From the human T2T-CHM13v2.0 reference genome, Homo sapiens, in NCBI RefSeq assembly GCF_009914755.1, contig NC_060925.1: a DNA stretch of 64,000 nucleotides; one strand, written 5' to 3'. This document shows, piece after piece, positions 56,401 through 64,000 of this stretch. The notes beneath the pieces were generated by a model. The model saw only the letters and a program-made list of their open reading frames with translations, ran no database searches and had not been told where the DNA came from. Position 1 is the first letter of the stretch, and the number at the start of each line of letters is the position of its first letter. The position numbers were made by a program, and so were the translations under genes.

Positions 56401-57849
56401 TATGTGTTCTACAGGCAAGGTTAAAGGATTAGGGGAGGAGGAAATTAGGGAAGAACGTGACATGTCTTCATGAGAACCATCAGAGCAGGCACCTTTGGAA
56501 TGGCTTCCCAGCTCAAGACCCCTTAACTGCCCTGTACTACATCCTCCGTTTGGGCCCTTAGCAGCCAGACTGACATCATCTTCCTCCTGGGCCGTGTAGA
56601 TTAGACCAGGGGTAGACTCCTGATCCATGCTAACTCACTCAGCTCCTCTCTCCTCCAATTCGAGATTAACACCAGAAAGTTGGGGTCTAGTCTGACAGAG
56701 CGGTCTATTGAGTGGAGGAGGCTAGTCTGTCTCCCATATGGATAGAGAGGCAGAGAAAGCTAGTCTACATAAAAGAAGGCAGCGGCAGGTGTGTCAAGTA
56801 ACCCAGAGAGAGCAGTGGTGGTTTCCAGGACTCCATGCTGGGGCCTGTTTCCCTCCTACATCAATGTCTTGCTGCAGCTCCTCCTCCAAGCCCCTGAGAC
56901 ACCACTGTTGCAAAGCAACAGCCTTCTTCCTGCTAAGTGAGCAGAAACCAGGTTCTGTTGTGTGCAACTACAGGCTCCTTTCTGGATAGGATTTCAGAGC
57001 CATTTCCATTCAAGCTCGTGCATGACAAAATAAGGATCTACATACCAATGAAGTTTCAATTGGAAATACAAAATCACTTTCTGACTACTAAGATCATAAA
57101 GAAGGTCAGGAAGCCTCAGTCACTGGAGAGATTCACAAAGATGTGGACACCCAGTCACTTGAGCTGGATGAAGTACTTACTTGTCCCACAGCAGGAGGAT
57201 GAACCATATTTCTTTTTTTTTTGTACATGATGTCTTTTGGTTCAAAGCAGTGGTGAATGTGCATTGATTAATAGAGCAGGGAACCAGTTTTGTTTCATTA
57301 TCTTACTGCACAGCCTAGAAAGGGACTTGTGCAGTTAGGAACCTGGCAAATTCTTCTGGTGGATGATGGTGGCAAGCACTGAAACAATTGCCTAGGACAT
57401 GGGCACAGATTTTTCTTTCATGCAGCTTAATTTATGACAGCATTTGAGATTGGAGGAAACGAATTGCTCTCCTCAGGTGATTTGCAGTGTTAAAGGCTAC
57501 AGGCTGTTTTGAACTCCTCAAACAGAGATATTCAGTGCAACTGCTCAGAACAGTTTTCTGGTTTTGAGAAACGTTTTCTGTGACATTCAAATTTTCTCCT
57601 TGTCAATCTGCTATCTACCATTTCCAGTGCTTGACCAGATCAGGATCTATCAGGAAACTATTTTTATCCTTCTTCACCATCTACTTGTAACAATGTACTG
57701 TTATAAAAATTCAGGTCTATCCTCAAAGTTTTATTCAAAAGGGTCAGAAGAAAAATGTTTCTTAGTGTATGTCAATTTCGCTACCTTACTTTCTTTTCAG
57801 AAATTGAGTCAGCTCATTTTTGATGAATGTATATTAAGATGTCCTGTTC

Positions 57850-58012
57850 TTAGCCAGCAATGGTGGTGCGCACGTGTAGTCCCAGCTACTCTGGAGGCTG
57901 AGGTGGGAGGATCACTTGAGTCCAGGATCTCAAGGCTGCAGTGACGTATGTATGATTGCACCACTGCATTCCAGCCTGGGTGATAGAGCAAATTCTTGTT
58001 TTTTTTTAAAAA
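57850..58012 (+). mobile_element. Alu right monomer (FRAM/AluJ)
   Basis: GTAGTCCCAGCTACT...GGAGGATCACTTGAG...CCAGCCTGGGTGA. Confidence 0.85.
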
Positions 58013-58060
58013 AGTCCCTTGTTTCTAAAAGAAAAAAAGGAATAGAATGATGATGGCAGG

Positions 58061-58418
58061 TGTATTAGTCTGTTTCACGCTGCTAATAAAGACATATCTG
58101 AGATTGGGCAATTTACAAAAGGAAGAGGTTTAATTGGACTTACAGTTCCACGTGGCTGGGGAAGCCTCACAATCATGGTGGAAGGCAAGGAGGAGCAAGT
58201 CACATCTTACATGGATGGCTGCAGGCAAAGAGAGAGAGAGCTTGTTCAGAGGAACTCCTCTTTTTAAAACCATCAGATCTCATGAGACTTATTCACTATC
58301 ATGAGAACAACATGGGAAAGACCTGCCTCCATGATTCAATTATCTCCCGCCAGGTCCCTCCCACAACATGTGGGAATTCAAGATGAGATTTGGGTGGGGA
58401 CACAGCCAAACCAGATCA
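58061..58418 (-). mobile_element. THE1B-like solo LTR, antisense in intron 2
   Basis: TGTATTAGTC...CCAGATCA; TSD GCAGG/GTAGG. Confidence 0.92.
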
Positions 58419-58687
58419 GTAGGTATGGGACAGTTGGGTTTTGTGCAGCATTCTGTTCATGCTGTGCACGTGTGGGAGTTTAATAAACATTTTCCATGGC
58501 AAAAGTGCATTACACTGGTGTGAGTACTAAGGAAGAACTGAAGTCCCTTCCTATATACTTTCTTTTCTTTAAATAATTGGCCAGATAAAATATAGTTTGA
58601 AGACTTTTAAATGCCATATTCCAGAACAACTAATTTCAAAGGTTTATTCAAACACTTTTACTTTAAGTCGACATTTTGTTTTATTAA

Positions 58688-58990
<303 letters not shown>

Positions 58991-60962
58991 TAAACTTCTT
59001 TTATAGGTTTATCTGATTTAGCAGTGGGTACGATTTCAAAGTTACGTGTAAATAAAGTATATGTAATTACGATTAATTGTAAAAATCCTCAGAAAACATA
59101 GTACTGGTGTATAAGAAAATGTGTTTGTTCTATCCGCAACTGACATTGTATCTGGTGATTGTCTCTCAATACATTGGAGAGTTCCTATGTGGTGGCTGGA
59201 AGGTGGAAGAAGGAATATTTTTCAGCAGGACACACCACCACCATGTGGTCCCTCTTTAGAAGCCCATGGACGAGGCCGAGGCTTCAGAAAATCACTACAT
59301 GAAATTTCAGACACTATTCATGGAGGAATTCATTTGTGAATGGGTTGGAAGCAGATGAAACAAAGGAACCAACTGTTGAATGTAAATTCATTTATTTGTT
59401 AATCTATTTATTCAGTGATTCATTCATTCCTTCTTCATTCAGTCATCAAATAATCCACGATCTCTAAAACACGGCAAATGTATTAGCTCCTCAGGGAAGT
59501 ATATACTAAATATATGGTATGGTTGTTATTTCCTAGAAAATAACATAGTGGGATTACAAGACATATACATCTCGATCCGTCAGTTGGATTGGATTGGCTC
59601 CATGCCATACTTTCTTTGTCTTGGAGCCCTCTCACAGGTCCCGTAAATGTCTCTTTTTGCTCCTTCTCTAAATATCTTGGGAGTATTTTCAATCAACAAT
59701 GACCAGCCTTAAACTAAACTCTATATTGTGTACATAATTTTGCATAGTATTTTATTGTAGGGCACCATAAACAGCTTCTTCGCTACAGGGGGAGATACTT
59801 CAGGAAACTTCTTTTTCTCTTCCTTTGGAAACTTGAGCTCTGCTGCTGTAATCAGAGTTCTAATTTGTTCATTTGGTGTATCCCAGTCATTAAACATTTT
59901 TTTTTTCTCTTTCATGAAATCACGCAACAATGAAGATTTTTGACTGGGTTGATGAGATCAAGCTACTAAACCAGCACATTTCTTCTCTAATGTTTTATGC
60001 TGCCAGCATTCTCTTTCTTTCCAGCTCTAAAAAAGCTAGCCTGAGACATTTTTCTTCCTCTAGCAGAACTAACATGGACTAGAATTTAAAGGAGTTGGGA
60101 TATGCTCCCAGCTCTACCTTTTCTCTCTTGCACTACTGTACATTATGTTTGTAGAGTTTCTCCAATTCCTTTAGGAGAAAATTCCCAAGTTCATAGAAAT
60201 GATCTTTTAAAGCTGTTTTCTTGGCTGTTCCACTTCACAATAATAGCACTATCCAATTCATATAGATGTGAATGGAGTGATGTTTCTAAGGGGAGTCTCT
60301 ACATTTATACGCTAATAAAAACCAAAATACCCTGGTGAATGTGACTGTTACTTTACATAATGTCGACAACAGTAAGATCTGGAGTTTTATTCAGCACTTC
60401 CGTGCTTGAGTTGATCCTGGAATCCCTTTCTACAGTGGATACATGTAAGACTCAGGGATTTGGCTTAGCTAAAATGCAGGGAAAGTTTGGGTTGTTAAAG
60501 GATTATCCTTCCTGCTCCTCTCTTCCTGACTTGCTTGCTTCTGATCTTGATCCCCACCTTTTCTTTGTGCTGAGCACGTGGAAGTCTGAGTCCCAAAGGG
60601 AAGGCTGTGCCTCTTTGGAACAGATGACTCCTAATGGTCAGCAGGTGGTCTGAGGTCACTTGAATACCCAGGGCCATGCCCTGGATTTCTTAATGGTTTT
60701 TAGGCTGATGTGGCTTCTTTGTAGTAAGGGAGGTAGCTTAGGCTGCCAGAATCTCTTGGCCACCTGTGCCTGATAAGATGGCTGTGTGTGATAACAGTTA
60801 TCTTATGGTGGCTTGGCTCTCTTGTCCCGAGACCTCAGCAGTGCACTGGGACTGCCTCATTTTCTATGTGGAGGTGTCTGTGTGATTTTGGGGGAAACAT
60901 AGCTATAAAAGACATTTTGGAGCCAGTTGGGAAAATTTGAAGGTCTGTTGCTTATTAAATTA

Positions 60963-61306
<344 letters not shown>

Positions 61307-62984
61307 TTTATTTCTTGTGCTTAATAGTACCAGTGTGGTTATAAAAGGTCCTTTTTCTTAACAGATGCTGAGATATTGTCATTTTGTCTGTAATGTACTT
61401 TAAGTAGTTCAACAAAAGTACACACAGATACATCAAATGACAGATGAATAAAATGTGGCCAAATTTTAATATTTGATGAATCTATCTATATATATATGTT
61501 CATGGGACCATTTTTTCAACCTTTCTGTAAATGTGAACATTTTCAAAATAAAAAATGTCATTGCTTCAGCCAATGGCCTTACGTAATTCAGGCTTGAAAG
61601 GGAAATACTATGCCTATTTACTTCAGTTATTGCAAAGTAAGTTAGCCAGAGCAGGGAGAATGGTGTGAATTTTGGCTAGTTGTCCTGAGGGAAGGTGGAA
61701 ATTCTTTGTGACAAAGGGCAGCACTTGTCGTTGCTGGCTTCAACCACACTTAGTGCCATCTTCCAGATAGAACTGTGCCTAGGACAGAGTCCACCTTGGT
61801 TGCAACCCCCCAACCTCTGGCCACATCACTGTCCCTCAGATATGCTCATTGGTGTGTGGTGACCAATAAACATGCTTGTCTCAGGCTCCAGAATTCTTTT
61901 GATAAAGGAAATCTGTTTTTTCAGAGATTTAGACTTCTGGTTCATTTATTTAAATGGTCTAATGTTGCACCCTAAAAATAAACATATGTCCCGATTTGGG
62001 GACCACTTGCCTTACCCAGGAGTGGGCAGGTAGCATAGAAACTTAGTCTGCAAAATAGACAGTTTTTAAAGGACTCATTGGCCTGTAGTGCAGATTGCAT
62101 TTCGTGTACTTGGTCTTCTGAATGCTGGTGTCTTATCTTCCTATTATATTTTGCATCTTTCCCAACCAATTTTCATTTATGCTCAGGCGTTCTGTCCTTC
62201 CCCCCGGCTACCAAGACTTAGGGTGAGGTCACAGGGCGGGGGTTGGTGTGGGGATGGGGAAGCCGTTTTGAGGGCTGCTCTGGAGGAAGTTGCTGTATCA
62301 CTGCTCCCTGGAGAAGGATGGGCTTGTGGCAAGAGAGAAAGAATCAAACAGGCTTCTCAATCTCCTTCCTCGCTCTGTACTCCGGCCTCAGACCACTGAG
62401 GATTTCCATTTGCCTTCCGCTGCTTAGAACCCTTGGTAGGATTCACCTCATGGGTGAGTCATCTCTAGGAGGTTGTTGTTAATGCCGTTTGCAGATAGAG
62501 AGAGACCTGAAGTTACAGAGTAATGAAGAGATTACACAGGAGTTCAATCAGAGATAATACTGCTTTTGTCTCAAGGTGAATATATGAGAATTGGAGGCAA
62601 TATTGTAAGTTACGGGGTTACCCTTATTAAAAAGGGGAAGATCTGTTTCTTAAGAACAAGAAAAAGGGAGGTCACAGAGAAAGCAGAAATGCTATAATGT
62701 TAAAGAACAAGTATGCATTATTCTGGGAGTGGGAGCAATTGATTGGTTTCAGAATGAAATATGCACAAGGTCGGAGAAAGGAGTATTGAGTGGAAGGCAA
62801 GAGTGGAGTTTGAATTTCAAATAGTATTTGTGAGAGGAAGCCTGTGTGATCATGCCAACCGTGAAGGAGGAGAGATGGTGACTACTCATAAAGCTGCCAC
62901 AAGCATGTTTGCAGTTGTCTGAAATGAATGGAAGCACTCATTTCTGCATACACATCCAGGAGTGGGATGTCAGGGTTGTAGTGT

Positions 62985-63540
62985 CCTGACGGACAAACTC
63001 TAAGGTGAGCACCAGGTACCCCCTCTGGTGTTCATACCCTTGAATAATCACCTCCCCTTGAGTGTGCGTGGGACCTGTGACTAACTTCTAAGCAAAAGAA
63101 TATGGCACATACTGGGATATCAATTGTGGAATTGCGTTATGTTACATGAGATTCCGTCTTGCTAGCAAATTCACTTCAGAACTTCTCTCACCCTCTTTTC
63201 AGCCTTGATGAAACAATGACCATGTTGGGAGGCTTATGTGGCAAAGGATGGCAGGCGGCCTTTAAGAGTTGAGGGCAGCCTCTGACCAAGAGCCAGCAAA
63301 AATCTGAAGCTCTCAGTCCTACAACCACAGTCAACAACGCTGTAGGCAGAAAAACAAATCTTTCCCTGATTGAGCTCCTGGATGGAACAGCCCTGGCTGC
63401 TTTCTTGATGTCAGCTTTGTGATACCCTAAACAGAGGGCCAACTAAGCTGTACCCAGATCCCTGATTCACAGAAACTGTGAGATAACACATGTGTCTTGT
63501 TGGGTTTGTGATAATTTGCTACATAGCAATGTATCACTAT
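62985..63540 (+). mobile_element. MLT1 (E/F-like) LTR
   Basis: CTCCCCTTGAGTGTG..GGACCTGTGACT; CACAGAAACTGTGAGATAA; TAATTTGCTACATAGCAAT. Confidence 0.8.
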
Positions 63541-63664
63541 TAGAAGACAAATCAGGATTCAAAGAAGCAGAACCACAAGACATATAGAACTCCCTTAACC
63601 AAAGTACACTTTCAAAGGAAATGAATAAATTCTCAAAAATAACATTTTATAATAGAACACTATG

Positions 63665-64000
63665 TAATTTTTTAATAGACTACTTTTCAGAGCTCTTTTA
63701 AGTTCATACCAAAATTGAGCAGAAAGTACAGAGATTTCTTATATCCGCCCCACCCCGACACATGCACAGTCTCCCCCATCTTTAACATCACCCACTAGAC
63801 GGGTCCATTTGTTACGACTGATGAGCCTGCACTGACACATCATTATCATCCAGAGTCCATAGTTTACACCAGGGCTCACTCTTAGTGGCACACATTCTAT
63901 GGCTTTCTACAAATATCTAATGACGTGTATTCACCATTACAGTATCATAACGAATAGTTTCACTGCCCTAAAAAATCCTCCATGCTCTACCTATTCATCC
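63665..64000 (-). mobile_element. L1MC-like 3' UTR (same family as 44030-44400)
   Basis: AAATTGAGCAGAAAGTACAGAG...GACACATCATTATCATCCAGAGTCCATAGTTTACA. Confidence 0.8.

Overview
Primate (most likely human, 1q42.2 by recall) genomic DNA. About 46 kb of repeat-dense upstream sequence is followed by a CpG-island promoter, the first two coding exons of the long isoform of SLC35F3 (MGIREFPSGAPRGKSIAV-GMRRSPDVSPRRLSD...GYQPWAASCK; exon 1 CDS 47531-47583, exon 2 47982-48211) and about 16 kb of intron 2. Most of the rest is interspersed repeat: Alu, L1, L2, L3/CR1, MIR, MaLR LTRs (THE1/MST/MLT1, including a full-length THE1), an internally deleted ERV-L provirus, MER4/MER21 LTRs and DNA-transposon relics. 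Nearly all ORFs in the supplied track are repeat-derived or chance. I see no CRISPR, RNA gene or novel multi-gene system. The best leads are regulatory: a sense THE1 with DUX4-type motifs and a GTAAGT donor upstream of an ATG-bearing exon 2, an ATF4-type AARE and an RFX X-box in the promoter, several candidate start codons, and an uncharacterised N-terminal motif. Several readable rearrangements are also present. Repeat subfamily names come from recalled consensus sequences and repeat boundaries are approximate unless a TSD is given.
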